Virus record (IMG/VR): IMGVR_UViG_3300042197_004075
Span: 11,061-75,060 of that record
Direction: 5' to 3' (one strand)
DNA: 64,000 nucleotides
From: a virus
Shown here: one piece after another, positions 48,218 to 57,959 of the stretch
Layout of the letters: each line of letters opens with the position of its first letter
Position numbering within the stretch: the stretch's first letter is position 1
Program-made: the position numbers and the translations under genes
Notes under the pieces: generated by a model
The model's database searches: none
Seen by the model: the letters and a program-made list of their open reading frames with translations, nothing else
What the model was told of the DNA's origin: nothing

Positions 48218-49024
48218 ATGATTCAATCAACAGATTTAGCTTTTGTGTTTAGCGGTGGATCAAGCAATTTCAAACCTAATCTTTCATTAGGTGGTGACCC
48301 ATCCAGCGTCGAAATCGGAAATATTGGAAATAATCTATTCAATTCATTAAGTGATGCCCAATTACAGGATGGTATTGTTGATTATAGATGTTTGTACATT
48401 TTTAACCAAAGTGAATTTGATACATTTTATTTACCAAAAATGTTTATTATCAACAACAGCGAATGTTTTTGTCAAATAGGAGCTACAGTTGCAAACGAAT
48501 TGCAAAAGATAACAATTTCTGGCAATCCAACAAGTGGAACATTTACACTTATTTTTGACATTCACACATTATTAATTAATTTTTCAACAGATGTTTCTGT
48601 GTTACAATCAAATATACAAACTGCATTTGATGGTATTGGATATACTGGAGTGGTGGTAACAGTAACCGGGAAAGATTGTGCATATTTTATTGATGTAAGT
48701 TTTGAAGGTGTTGATGGGTTTAAGTACCAACCACTTATAGAATTATCAGCAAATAATTTGACTCCAGAACCAATAATATTTATAAATAGAGAAGTGGCTG
48801 GATCACCAATTAATACCATATCAGTAACAACTTCCAACACGACTACACCACCAGAGGGTATTCAATTTATAACATATACTGATGGAAACCCTTTGATATT
48901 AACAAGCCTTAAACCATTAGAGGGAGTTCCTATATGGCTTCAGAGAATAATACCAGCTGGGCAAAAAGATGCTGTAAATCAGCAATTTACTTTTGTTATA
49001 AGAGGAAAAGGTTGTGCTTCATAG
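48218..49024 (+). CDS. virion structural protein
   Basis: SLGG, NLF, DYRCLYIFN, IWLQR; beta-rich. Confidence 0.6.
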   Translation: MIQSTDLAFVFSGGSSNFKPNLSLGGDPSSVEIGNIGNNLFNSLSDAQLQDGIVDYRCLYIFNQSEFDTFYLPKMFIINNSECFCQIGATVANELQKITISGNPTSGTFTLIFDIHTLLINFSTDVSVLQSNIQTAFDGIGYTGVVVTVTGKDCAYFIDVSFEGVDGFKYQPLIELSANNLTPEPIIFINREVAGSPINTISVTTSNTTTPPEGIQFITYTDGNPLILTSLKPLEGVPIWLQRIIPAGQKDAVNQQFTFVIRGKGCAS

Positions 49025-49500
49025 GCCTAGCTCTAATTGCGGTTTTTTATATTATATTACCCAAAAATCAAAATTGTAATTTTGAAGATTTCTATTGTTT
49101 ATCTTCAGATGATTCAGCAAACGAAGATAGATTGGTCAGAATATTTGATAAGAAGCAAATTCCTCTTAAAACAACAGAAGTAGACAAAGATGTAAAAGAA
49201 GATTTTCTTAATCTATTTTATTTGAATAGGTTCGGGAAAAACGAGGTTACAATAAATGGAAATAAAGTAAAAGTTTCTGATCTTGATGAACATGTAAGAG
49301 ATTATATTTGGTTATTAAAGGCAAAGAAATTTAAGCAAAAGTTGTATCAAAATTTTCAAAAAAATGGAATTTATGATTATATTAAACATTTGCCTTATAA
49401 TAAATTCGTTGATTCAATTGCTGATTGTAAAATAAATTCACTTTTTTCATCTGAACTTTATGCAATTGACAAAGAACTATTGAGTAAAATAAATGAATAG
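48934..49500 (+). CDS. hypothetical membrane-anchored protein
   Basis: Single hydrophobic segment near N-terminus; start uncertain. Confidence 0.5.
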   Translation: MASENNTSWAKRCCKSAIYFCYKRKRLCFIGLALIAVFYIILPKNQNCNFEDFYCLSSDDSANEDRLVRIFDKKQIPLKTTEVDKDVKEDFLNLFYLNRFGKNEVTINGNKVKVSDLDEHVRDYIWLLKAKKFKQKLYQNFQKNGIYDYIKHLPYNKFVDSIADCKINSLFSSELYAIDKELLSKINE

Positions 49501-49759
49501 AAAAAAATGTCCAAATTGCAATGCTGATTTTGCATTTTTGATGCAAAAAAGTAGATTAGGTTGTGCTTTTTGTTATACTACATTTAGTGATGAAATTATT
49601 TGGCATTTGCGTAAGTTACAAAAAGGCAAAACAGAACATAAAGGCAAGATGCCACAAAAATATGATGATCCTGTGGAAGTATTTTTCAAAAAATGTGTTG
49701 AAAATTCATTTCTAGGCGATCATGATAAAAAAGTAATATTGAAAGAATGTGGTTTGTAA
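49493..49759 (+). CDS. McsA-like zinc-finger fragment
   Basis: CPNC...RLGCAFCYTTF...LRKLQ...HKGKMP. Confidence 0.75.
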   Translation: MNRKKCPNCNADFAFLMQKSRLGCAFCYTTFSDEIIWHLRKLQKGKTEHKGKMPQKYDDPVEVFFKKCVENSFLGDHDKKVILKECGL

Positions 49760-49816
49760 GAAGATTAATTGTTGGAAAATAGTACTATATACATTTAGTC
49801 TTTAATATATAATACT

Positions 49817-50419
49817 ATGGGCACAAATACTTATACAGAGCTAAATTGCGGTTCCGGCGGCTCCATTATGGACGAGTTCGGAATTGACTATGGAGATGTT
49901 ACCCCATTACCAGATGCTTGCGCCCCTGTGGCACCGGGCACAACTGTATTGCGTCGAAGAGCAAAAGTTGTTATAAGTGGTGCAAATTTAAGCGAAGTTA
50001 CCACAGTTAGCGACAGTAATTTAAACGGCAATGAATATGGTTTATCAATTAAATCAATAGAACGGGCTTATACAACACCAATTAATGACTTTGATCAAGC
50101 AACTTCAGTAAGTCCAGACGATGGGTCGGATACATTCACATCCGTGTCTTCATACACAGTACCTTCTGCTAAAACATTTGTATTCCAAGGTGCTGTGGTC
50201 GGAGGTGATATTGGTGCAAAATTTAGAATCCAAAAAAATTCTACAACTTTATTTGTTGTAAGAACAACAAATGCGAATACAACCAATAGTCTTATGTTTA
50301 AAACACCACCATTTGAAGCAACAGCAACCGATGTAATTACAATTGAAGTAATTTATTATAATGACAATTCCAGCATTTTAGCAGATTTTGAAGCAACAAT
50401 TATGGGGTATATTTTTTAA
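49817..50419 (+). CDS. putative virion structural protein
   Basis: Thr/Ser-rich beta protein with YTVP motif; TATATA 5 nt before ATG. Confidence 0.55.
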   Translation: MGTNTYTELNCGSGGSIMDEFGIDYGDVTPLPDACAPVAPGTTVLRRRAKVVISGANLSEVTTVSDSNLNGNEYGLSIKSIERAYTTPINDFDQATSVSPDDGSDTFTSVSSYTVPSAKTFVFQGAVVGGDIGAKFRIQKNSTTLFVVRTTNANTTNSLMFKTPPFEATATDVITIEVIYYNDNSSILADFEATIMGYIF

Positions 50420-50437
50420 TTTATAATAAGTTATATT

Positions 50438-50932
50438 ATGACAACAGAAGAATTTGCTATGTGGTTCGATAAAATTGAAGCTGTACAAGTAGTAAAGCTT
50501 GAACCAGACAGAGTTTTTTTCTCTTTAGGTAGCGAAAATTTAATTAAAAAAATAACAAAAACATGTGATGAGTCAGATAATTTTCTTTCTATTCATTATG
50601 ACAAGGATGGGATTGTATTTTGCATTCATAATCACAAATTGCAAATGTTTGTAGATATATGGGAAAATAGAACTACTATTACAAAATATGGAACACCGGA
50701 TTTGTCTCTTGTGACAACAAAACAGATGATGAATGAATTGAAAAAAAGGCAAAATATTTCATTTGTTTTTATTATGACTGACAATGTAAATTCTAATAAT
50801 ATTATCCTTGAAGCATCTGGTAATCCAACATATTTATGTGGTCTATTGGCAAGAGGTCAGCACTTAGCAAATAAGTTTGCAGAAAAAGATTTAAGATATC
50901 AGACCGATGACGAAGATACATCTGAAACTTGA
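50438..50932 (+). CDS. hypothetical protein
   Basis: 164-aa ORF. Confidence 0.6.
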   Translation: MTTEEFAMWFDKIEAVQVVKLEPDRVFFSLGSENLIKKITKTCDESDNFLSIHYDKDGIVFCIHNHKLQMFVDIWENRTTITKYGTPDLSLVTTKQMMNELKKRQNISFVFIMTDNVNSNNIILEASGNPTYLCGLLARGQHLANKFAEKDLRYQTDDEDTSET

Positions 50933-51252
50933 TTTTCATTTATAAATTCATCAAGTTCATCTTTTATAATTAGTTGTCTTATTTTTTCAATTGCAAGTTC
51001 TTGTTCTTCAATAGTAAAATCCTTGTTTTGCATAGCGGGATAAACTTGATTTTTAAGAAATTTTTTATATAAAAATCCTTTTTTTCGTGCGCTATTTTTT
51101 ATAAGTGCTTTACTCATCTTGCAATTTTTATACATAAATAAAAATAGCTCAAGGGATATACTTACAATTGTTAAAATTAAAATCGATGACATTTTGTCAT
51201 CTTGATCAAACTCTTTATACAACTTGGCTTTAAGTTTGTTTTCATCGTACAT
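50899..51252 (-). CDS. hypothetical protein with hydrophobic segment
   Basis: AAGGAG RBS before ATG 51252. Confidence 0.55.
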   Translation of the reverse strand: MYDENKLKAKLYKEFDQDDKMSSILILTIVSISLELFLFMYKNCKMSKALIKNSARKKGFLYKKFLKNQVYPAMQNKDFTIEEQELAIEKIRQLIIKDELDEFINENQVSDVSSSSV

Positions 51253-51288
51253 AAAAATTTCTCCTTTGGTTTTCACTATTTTAGTGTT

Positions 51289-52509
51289 ATGAACCAAAAC
51301 CTTTTTACAACTTTGCTTGCTTTTGCAACCATATCTATTAGCGCATGGGCAATTTTCAAGTATGTTATTTTACTTGAAATCCGTATCGAACCAGCAATTT
51401 TCAAAAAAATCTATGAGGCAAGTAATCATAGCTGGAAACTTGTTTTTGCAGAAGAAGTAAAAATTGAAAACAGAATTCCTGTGGAATATTCGTCAATATT
51501 AAAATTTAACAAATATCCATATTTTTATTTAACCCATTCTGAAAGACTATTGAATGCTGGCTGGCATGGCAAAGATCATATTAGCAAAATCATTTGTTTT
51601 CGTTGGAATTATACTGGTATCGCCAAATTTATCAGAGATCTGGTTTCAAACAAATTACAAATATCTTGTGAAGTGCCAGTTTATGTGATCACACCAAACT
51701 TTGTTGATAGTATTGGAAAAATTAAAACATCAACTTTACAACCTATTCAACCTAAACCTTTTTGGAAAGATCTTGAAGATCATGTTACTGAGACACTTGA
51801 TAAACCAAATACAAAATTTGGTTTTATTCTTTATGGGTCACCGGGAAATGGAAAAACAAGTTTTATCAAATATTTGGCCGATAAGCACAAGCTGCCGATT
51901 TACTACATAACATTTTCACCAGAATATGATAATTTTTCAATTATGATGTTATTCGCACAAATACCTCCGAGAAGCATGATTATTTTAGAAGATTTTGATA
52001 GTTACTTTGATAAAAGAACATGCATTATGCAAAATAATTTTGCTGGTTCAACAACAGGAGCAAGATTTACATTTGACACGATTCTAAATAGTTTGGATGG
52101 TGTCTATACATCTTTTGATAGAAATATATTTATATTAACTGCAAATAATATAGAAAAAATTGATGACGCACTCAAGTTTAGACCATCACGATTCAAGATT
52201 GTAAGAGAATTTAAGAATCCAACACAAGAAACGATACAAAACTTTTTACAACCTTCGTGGGCAAAAAACGCTCCAGATGTCAATTATGACCAATTAATCC
52301 GCTTGACCGAATTTCAAAATCAAAAGGTTAAATTTACCAAAGCACTTTATATGTTGTCTTTGCCTCTTCCAAAAAAAGTATACGAGATTGCAGAAAGAAT
52401 CCATGAAAATAAAGTTAAATCACATATAAATAGTAATGATTTAGAAAATTTCCTACAAGCATGTAGCGAGTATGATAATATTATAGAATGGGAAAAAAAT
52501 GAGGCGTAA
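51289..52509 (+). CDS. membrane-anchored BCS1-like AAA+ ATPase
   Basis: N-terminal TM, GFILYGSPGNGKTS, ILEDFD, LNSLDG, ALKFRPSRF. Confidence 0.8.
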   Translation: MNQNLFTTLLAFATISISAWAIFKYVILLEIRIEPAIFKKIYEASNHSWKLVFAEEVKIENRIPVEYSSILKFNKYPYFYLTHSERLLNAGWHGKDHISKIICFRWNYTGIAKFIRDLVSNKLQISCEVPVYVITPNFVDSIGKIKTSTLQPIQPKPFWKDLEDHVTETLDKPNTKFGFILYGSPGNGKTSFIKYLADKHKLPIYYITFSPEYDNFSIMMLFAQIPPRSMIILEDFDSYFDKRTCIMQNNFAGSTTGARFTFDTILNSLDGVYTSFDRNIFILTANNIEKIDDALKFRPSRFKIVREFKNPTQETIQNFLQPSWAKNAPDVNYDQLIRLTEFQNQKVKFTKALYMLSLPLPKKVYEIAERIHENKVKSHINSNDLENFLQACSEYDNIIEWEKNEA

Positions 52510-53260
52510 TATATCTGAAATATTTCTTGAAAATTATAATTATGCATTATCAACTTCTATAAATAATTCAAGTTGGCAAGAAAAAATAACACAATATCCT
52601 GAAATACTATCAGATTATTTAGAAACAACAAAAACAATTGATATAGTTGGTGATAATTTAGATGTTCAAAATTTAATTGAATATAAAAACAAAAATAAAC
52701 TTAAATTTATTTCTCCAAAAGTACTTTACTTGAACAACAATAAAAAAGAAATAGCAAAAAAATTGATCAACAATGTATTTCAAAAGACATCTTATTTTGC
52801 ACATATAATAAAAAATCTTTTAGATGAATTTGGAGATAACAAAAGAAAATTTGCAAATTATAAAATAATACCATATCCAGAAGAACCGGCAGATACATAT
52901 TTCCCCATTAAAAAATTCAAAATTAATTCGGATATCGGCACTTTTATTGGCGAACTCATCAAAAATGGTATGCTTGTCAAAAATTGCCCCGATGATGATT
53001 TGAGAGATTACTTTGTTAATCGCTGTCTTAATAAGACAATAAAAACTGGATATATTGATGACATCCCAAATTTTGAGCAATTGAAACGAAAACTTGTTTT
53101 TGTAAAATTTCTTCCATTACCAAATATAACAAACTTGTCTATAAATCCAAAAAAATATAAAGTAAGATATATTGGTAATCAGACTGTAAGAAATGAAAAT
53201 GATGAATACTCAATTTCAAATGAACCAATCAATGTTATTTACATGGAAAAATTATTATGA
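52499..53260 (+). CDS. hypothetical protein
   Basis: 253-aa ORF. Confidence 0.6.
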   Translation: MRRNISEIFLENYNYALSTSINNSSWQEKITQYPEILSDYLETTKTIDIVGDNLDVQNLIEYKNKNKLKFISPKVLYLNNNKKEIAKKLINNVFQKTSYFAHIIKNLLDEFGDNKRKFANYKIIPYPEEPADTYFPIKKFKINSDIGTFIGELIKNGMLVKNCPDDDLRDYFVNRCLNKTIKTGYIDDIPNFEQLKRKLVFVKFLPLPNITNLSINPKKYKVRYIGNQTVRNENDEYSISNEPINVIYMEKLL

Positions 53261-53553
53261 AACATGATTTACAAGAATTAACCGAAAAAATGATTAATCT
53301 TTTTGGACAAATACCAAATAATTTTGCACTTGAAAATGCAAAGTTACATTTTAAAAGAGCAATAAATGAAATACAAAATGTTCAAGTTAAAAGAACAAGA
53401 AGAACAGTTCAGCAATCAAATAATAATTATCAAACATTGTCTTATGATGTAGCTAAACAAGCATTAGACAAAATTGATGAATTAATTGAAATTGAACAAA
53501 AAAGCTTGGGTAATAAAAATCAACCAAACCAAAACAAGTTAATGTTTGAATAA
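53257..53553 (+). CDS. hypothetical protein
   Basis: 98-aa ORF, overlapping start. Confidence 0.6.
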   Translation: MKHDLQELTEKMINLFGQIPNNFALENAKLHFKRAINEIQNVQVKRTRRTVQQSNNNYQTLSYDVAKQALDKIDELIEIEQKSLGNKNQPNQNKLMFE

Positions 53554-54084
53554 AATTTTATTTTTAAACTGTTCTTTGATAATATTATAATAAATTTTGT
53601 CTTTTTCACATTTTTCATATCCCATTAATTTTGTATTATATTCTTTTGATTCAATTATAGGTGAATTAAGTTGAAGTTTGTTTTCAATATATTTTAAAAG
53701 ATTTGGATAATTTTTATCATTATGAAAATATATTACAAAATCATTGCTCTTATGCATCATCTCGTAAATTCTTCTTAATCTATAACTTAAATACATATTA
53801 TCATTTAATAAATTTACTTCATCTAAATAATAAATTATGAAATATGTTTTTAATACATCTATTGATGAAATTTCATAATTTTCAAGCGATGTATCAAAGT
53901 ACCAAGAACCACCCAAAAGATATTTGTGCTTGGTTTTAGTATTTTCTACATCGAGACAATTAAAATAGATTTTTTTACCAACAAGAGGTTCTTGTACCTT
54001 TTGAATCTTTTCATGGTTGCTAAGGCTTTTTTCTAGCTTTCCGTAGGACGAACCATGATAGCTTACTAGAAAAAAGTAATCCAT
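53539..54084 (-). CDS. degenerate sulfotransferase-like protein
   Basis: FFLVSYHGSS...LSNHEKI resembles sulfotransferase N-terminus. Confidence 0.35.
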   Translation of the reverse strand: MDYFFLVSYHGSSYGKLEKSLSNHEKIQKVQEPLVGKKIYFNCLDVENTKTKHKYLLGGSWYFDTSLENYEISSIDVLKTYFIIYYLDEVNLLNDNMYLSYRLRRIYEMMHKSNDFVIYFHNDKNYPNLLKYIENKLQLNSPIIESKEYNTKLMGYEKCEKDKIYYNIIKEQFKNKILFKH

Positions 54085-54122
54085 GATATTATGTAGTAAT
54101 ATCTGGATTTTTTAACACATAT

Positions 54123-54923
54123 ATGATGAAGTCAGGACCATTCATAATTGCAACTCTTCTTGTTAAAAACGAAGAAGATATTCTTGAACACACTTTGAAA
54201 CATCATATTGAAGATGAGGGAATTGATTTTATAATTGCAACAGACAATGGAAGCAAGGACAAAACTAAAAAAATATTACAAAAATACAAAGAAGTTAAAA
54301 TTATAATCGATGAATTTGGAGATAATCATAACCAATCAGCTTGGGTTACTCGTATGGCAAATTTGGCTGCTAAATATGATCCAAAATGGATTGTTCATTT
54401 CGATGCAGATGAATTTTGGTGCAATCTTTTTAATCTTTACCAATATGATAAAAAAACTTTACTTATAAAAGTTTATAAATTTTACAATCATCTTGTTAAT
54501 TCACATCAATTTGATTTTGAATCAACAAAGTTTTATACAACACAAAATAATTTAAAATATATTGGCATAGCTGAAACACCAGCAAAAGTCATTCATAGAA
54601 ATATTTCTGATATTTGTATTGAAAATGGAAATCATAATATTATACATAGTGGTAATATTGTACCAACTGATTCAGAAGAAATTTGTGTTCATCACTACCC
54701 AATTAGATCATATTCTCAGTTTGAAAGAAAAGTAAAAGATGGAGCAGAGTCTCTATTGAAACTTAATCTTGTCGGTGTTGGGCAACATTGGATTGATTGG
54801 TATGAACTTTATAAAAATAAGTTACTGCACTATGAGTTTAATAATATTGTCAAAAATTCAGAACTATTTGTTGATAAAAATAACTGTCCTTGTTGGTTTC
54901 CTACGCACCTCATCAAAAATTAG
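54123..54923 (+). CDS. glycosyltransferase family 2
   Basis: VKNEEDIL, DNGSKD, FDADEF, GNH, HYPIRS. Confidence 0.88.
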   Translation: MMKSGPFIIATLLVKNEEDILEHTLKHHIEDEGIDFIIATDNGSKDKTKKILQKYKEVKIIIDEFGDNHNQSAWVTRMANLAAKYDPKWIVHFDADEFWCNLFNLYQYDKKTLLIKVYKFYNHLVNSHQFDFESTKFYTTQNNLKYIGIAETPAKVIHRNISDICIENGNHNIIHSGNIVPTDSEEICVHHYPIRSYSQFERKVKDGAESLLKLNLVGVGQHWIDWYELYKNKLLHYEFNNIVKNSELFVDKNNCPCWFPTHLIKN

Positions 54924-54972
54924 TTTTGCCTGAATAGATACTAAATTAGTAAAGAAAACTTAGAGATTTATT

Positions 54973-57501
54973 ATGCCTACGCCTTTGTGGTCAGATATTT
55001 TCAAAACTTTCACTTACGCATTTAGCGATGATCCCCTTAATCGTAAGCTCGCACCGAAGGACTTGGTCGGTGCTGGTATTGTTAGTCCTGATTCGATTCC
55101 AAGCATTTCACCCGATGGCAGTTATTGGAATGGATCAGATAATAGACTTGTTAGACTTCGTGAAACACAAGATTTTATCGACCTTTCAACTGTAAGTAAT
55201 AGAATTTCAAGATATAAAGAATATGAAAGATTGAGAGCAGTTCCTGAAATCGAAACATGTTTGACAATTTTTGCAGATGAAGCATGTGTTGCAGGAAACA
55301 CAAAAGTCGCCACACCATTTGGTCTAAAAACAATTAAAGAACTTGCAGATAATCACGCAGAAGACAAGTTTCTTGTGTATTGTTATGATTTTCAAAATAA
55401 AGATTTTACCCTTGGATGGGGTCATCATCCTCGCAAAACAAAAACAGCTGAAACAATTAAAATCATTTTTGACAATGGATCAATAATCGAATGTACCCCT
55501 GATCACAAACTTCTTATGGCCAATGGAGAATGGGTACAAGCAGAGAATGTCAAAGTGGCTGACGAATTTATGGCGTTTTATCGTGAAAAACCATATACAA
55601 AACTTAATAATCTACTTCACAACCAACATCCAAGAATCTATACAAATTCATATGGATGGATCAACGAAAGACATTTTGTTGACTATTGGAGAACAAATAA
55701 ATTTGATGAAAAAACATCTAAAGTATATGAATATACTAGACTTATACAAGATGGCCATGATATGGATTCTATGACAGCATTGTTCAAAGAAACTTGGATT
55801 ACGATTAAAGCACGACTTAAAAAAGCAGGATTTAATTACAAAGAATTAAAACATTTTGCAAAAGCAAAAAGCAAAATTAGAAAAGTTATTGGAAAATTCA
55901 AAGATAAAGAACAAGATGTGTATGATTTAACAGTCGAAGATCATCATAACTTTGCAACAGATTCAATTATTGTTCATAATTGCCAAAAAGATGAGCATGG
56001 AAATGTATTAAAAATTTCTTGCAAAAATGACGATGTGAGAAAAGAAGTTGAATTTTTGCTTTTGTCTAGACAAATGCTAAATCTTAATAAAAGACTTTGG
56101 CCCGATTTTAAAAGTCTTCTACTTTATGGCGATCTATTTTATGAGCTTATTACAAATCTTGATAACCCAGCAGATGGAATTCTGAAGATTCAACGACTAC
56201 CTCCTGAATCAATATATAGAATCGAAACTACCAAAGGAAAAGTAATTGAATTCCAACAATCAAAAGAGGGACCAGATTATCAAAGTCTTGTTCGTGCGCC
56301 CGTTACACAAGCAACAGACCAAGAAATACAAATGGCCACGGCAATTCGTTTTGCTACTGAACAAGTTGTTCATATCCGAATAAATGAGGATAGGAAACAA
56401 TTTTATCCTTATGGAAGTTCAATTATTGAACCAGCAAGAGGGCCAGCATATCAACTTAGACTCATGGAAGATTCAATGTTGACTTATCGCTTGGCCCGTG
56501 CCCCAGAAAGACGAGTATTTTATATTGATGTCGGTCAACTCCCCGGCTTCAAAGCAGAAGCATTCATAGAACGAATGAAAGATCAATTCCGTAAGAGAAA
56601 AATTTCACTTAATAGAGGAAACCAAGGTGGCGCATCATCAATTGATGAAAGATACCAGCCACCAGCAGTTGAAGAAGATTTCTGGATTCCAACTAGACCA
56701 AATAGCAATACGAAAATTGAAACACTACCCGGTGCCCAAAATCTTGGTGAAATCGATGATGCAATTTATTTCCGATTGAAACTTTTAACAGCTTTGAATT
56801 TTCCTAAAAATTATCTTAATGTTGATGATCCGGCACAAACCAAAATTACCCTAAGTTCTCAAGATGTAAAATTTGCCAGAACTGTTGAGCGTTATCAATC
56901 TTGCATGGAAGATGGTATTTTTGAAATTACACAAAGACACTTACACATGCGTGGTTTTCCTGAAGAAACTTATGAAGATTTGCAAATTAGCATGACACCT
57001 CCAAGCGAATGGAGAGAATTAAGTAGGGCTGAAATTACAAACAACAGAATTCAAAATGTCACAAGTTTAAAATCAGCGCAATTGATATCTGATTTTGATC
57101 TTCTTACCATGTGGATGAGATTCACAGAAGAAGACGCAAAGGGTATTATAGGGAGAATGAAAATACAAAAACTTGAGGATGCTAGATTACAAGTGTTGCA
57201 ACAAAATCCACAATTGTTGGGAGTTGGGGTTCCAGACGCAAAAGAAAAAGAGGTTGGGACTACACCAGAAGGTCCAAACCAACAAGTCTCTCCAGATCAA
57301 CAAGGACAAGAAGTCGGTGCAACTCCCGAAATGCCACCAACAACTCCAGAAAGTGGCTCCTCACCAACTCCCGGTGAGACAGCACCACAGGCCACACCGC
57401 TTCCAGAACCATCACAGGAAGATATCGATAAATACGATCTTTCAATACTTGATTACGCATCAGAAGAAGATAATGAAGCACAAGACTATAGTTCAGAGTA
57501 A
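54973..57501 (+). CDS. portal protein gp20, intein-containing
   Basis: PYGSS, QLRLMED, YRLARAPERRVFYIDVGQLP, EDFWIP, IETLPG. Confidence 0.95.
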   Translation: MPTPLWSDIFKTFTYAFSDDPLNRKLAPKDLVGAGIVSPDSIPSISPDGSYWNGSDNRLVRLRETQDFIDLSTVSNRISRYKEYERLRAVPEIETCLTIFADEACVAGNTKVATPFGLKTIKELADNHAEDKFLVYCYDFQNKDFTLGWGHHPRKTKTAETIKIIFDNGSIIECTPDHKLLMANGEWVQAENVKVADEFMAFYREKPYTKLNNLLHNQHPRIYTNSYGWINERHFVDYWRTNKFDEKTSKVYEYTRLIQDGHDMDSMTALFKETWITIKARLKKAGFNYKELKHFAKAKSKIRKVIGKFKDKEQDVYDLTVEDHHNFATDSIIVHNCQKDEHGNVLKISCKNDDVRKEVEFLLLSRQMLNLNKRLWPDFKSLLLYGDLFYELITNLDNPADGILKIQRLPPESIYRIETTKGKVIEFQQSKEGPDYQSLVRAPVTQATDQEIQMATAIRFATEQVVHIRINEDRKQFYPYGSSIIEPARGPAYQLRLMEDSMLTYRLARAPERRVFYIDVGQLPGFKAEAFIERMKDQFRKRKISLNRGNQGGASSIDERYQPPAVEEDFWIPTRPNSNTKIETLPGAQNLGEIDDAIYFRLKLLTALNFPKNYLNVDDPAQTKITLSSQDVKFARTVERYQSCMEDGIFEITQRHLHMRGFPEETYEDLQISMTPPSEWRELSRAEITNNRIQNVTSLKSAQLISDFDLLTMWMRFTEEDAKGIIGRMKIQKLEDARLQVLQQNPQLLGVGVPDAKEKEVGTTPEGPNQQVSPDQQGQEVGATPEMPPTTPESGSSPTPGETAPQATPLPEPSQEDIDKYDLSILDYASEEDNEAQDYSSE
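55285..55980 (+). mobile_element. intein (232 aa) without intact endonuclease
   Basis: Starts CVAGNT, CTPDHK, VYDLTV...HNF, ends VHN before Cys+1. Confidence 0.92.
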
Positions 57502-57502
57502 A

Positions 57503-57850
57503 TCATGAATCGTCTTGTTCATTAGGATTTAAATCTGGTTGCCTTGATGCAGAACCACTTAGATTTCCCAAACCTCTGTCAGAAAACATATTTGGGTTTG
57601 TAACATCGACTGTGGTTTCAAGCTGGCGAATTTTCTGCTGCAACCCATCATCCTTAATTGATTTGAAAAATTCAAAAAATTTGTTTCTGAATTCATTATT
57701 TGCAAATTTATTATTAAGAATTAAATAGTCAAAAATTTCTTGTAAAGATTTTCTTGTATTCTCAATATCAGGCGCAGAAGGCACGGACTGAAGACCTATA
57801 TCTTCATTCATCTCAAATCGTCTGCTAATAAAATCTTGAAAACTTTGCAT
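57503..57850 (-). CDS. putative internal head protein
   Basis: MQSFQDF...MNE leader. Confidence 0.65.
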   Translation of the reverse strand: MQSFQDFISRRFEMNEDIGLQSVPSAPDIENTRKSLQEIFDYLILNNKFANNEFRNKFFEFFKSIKDDGLQQKIRQLETTVDVTNPNMFSDRGLGNLSGSASRQPDLNPNEQDDS

Positions 57851-57959
57851 TTTTTCACCATGTTTTTGTTTAGTACTGCATAGATATTAGTTGAGCGAAA
57901 AAAAATTATATATTTTTTTCAAATGGTACAAATATTTGTGTCCTAATTAGGAGTGAAAA

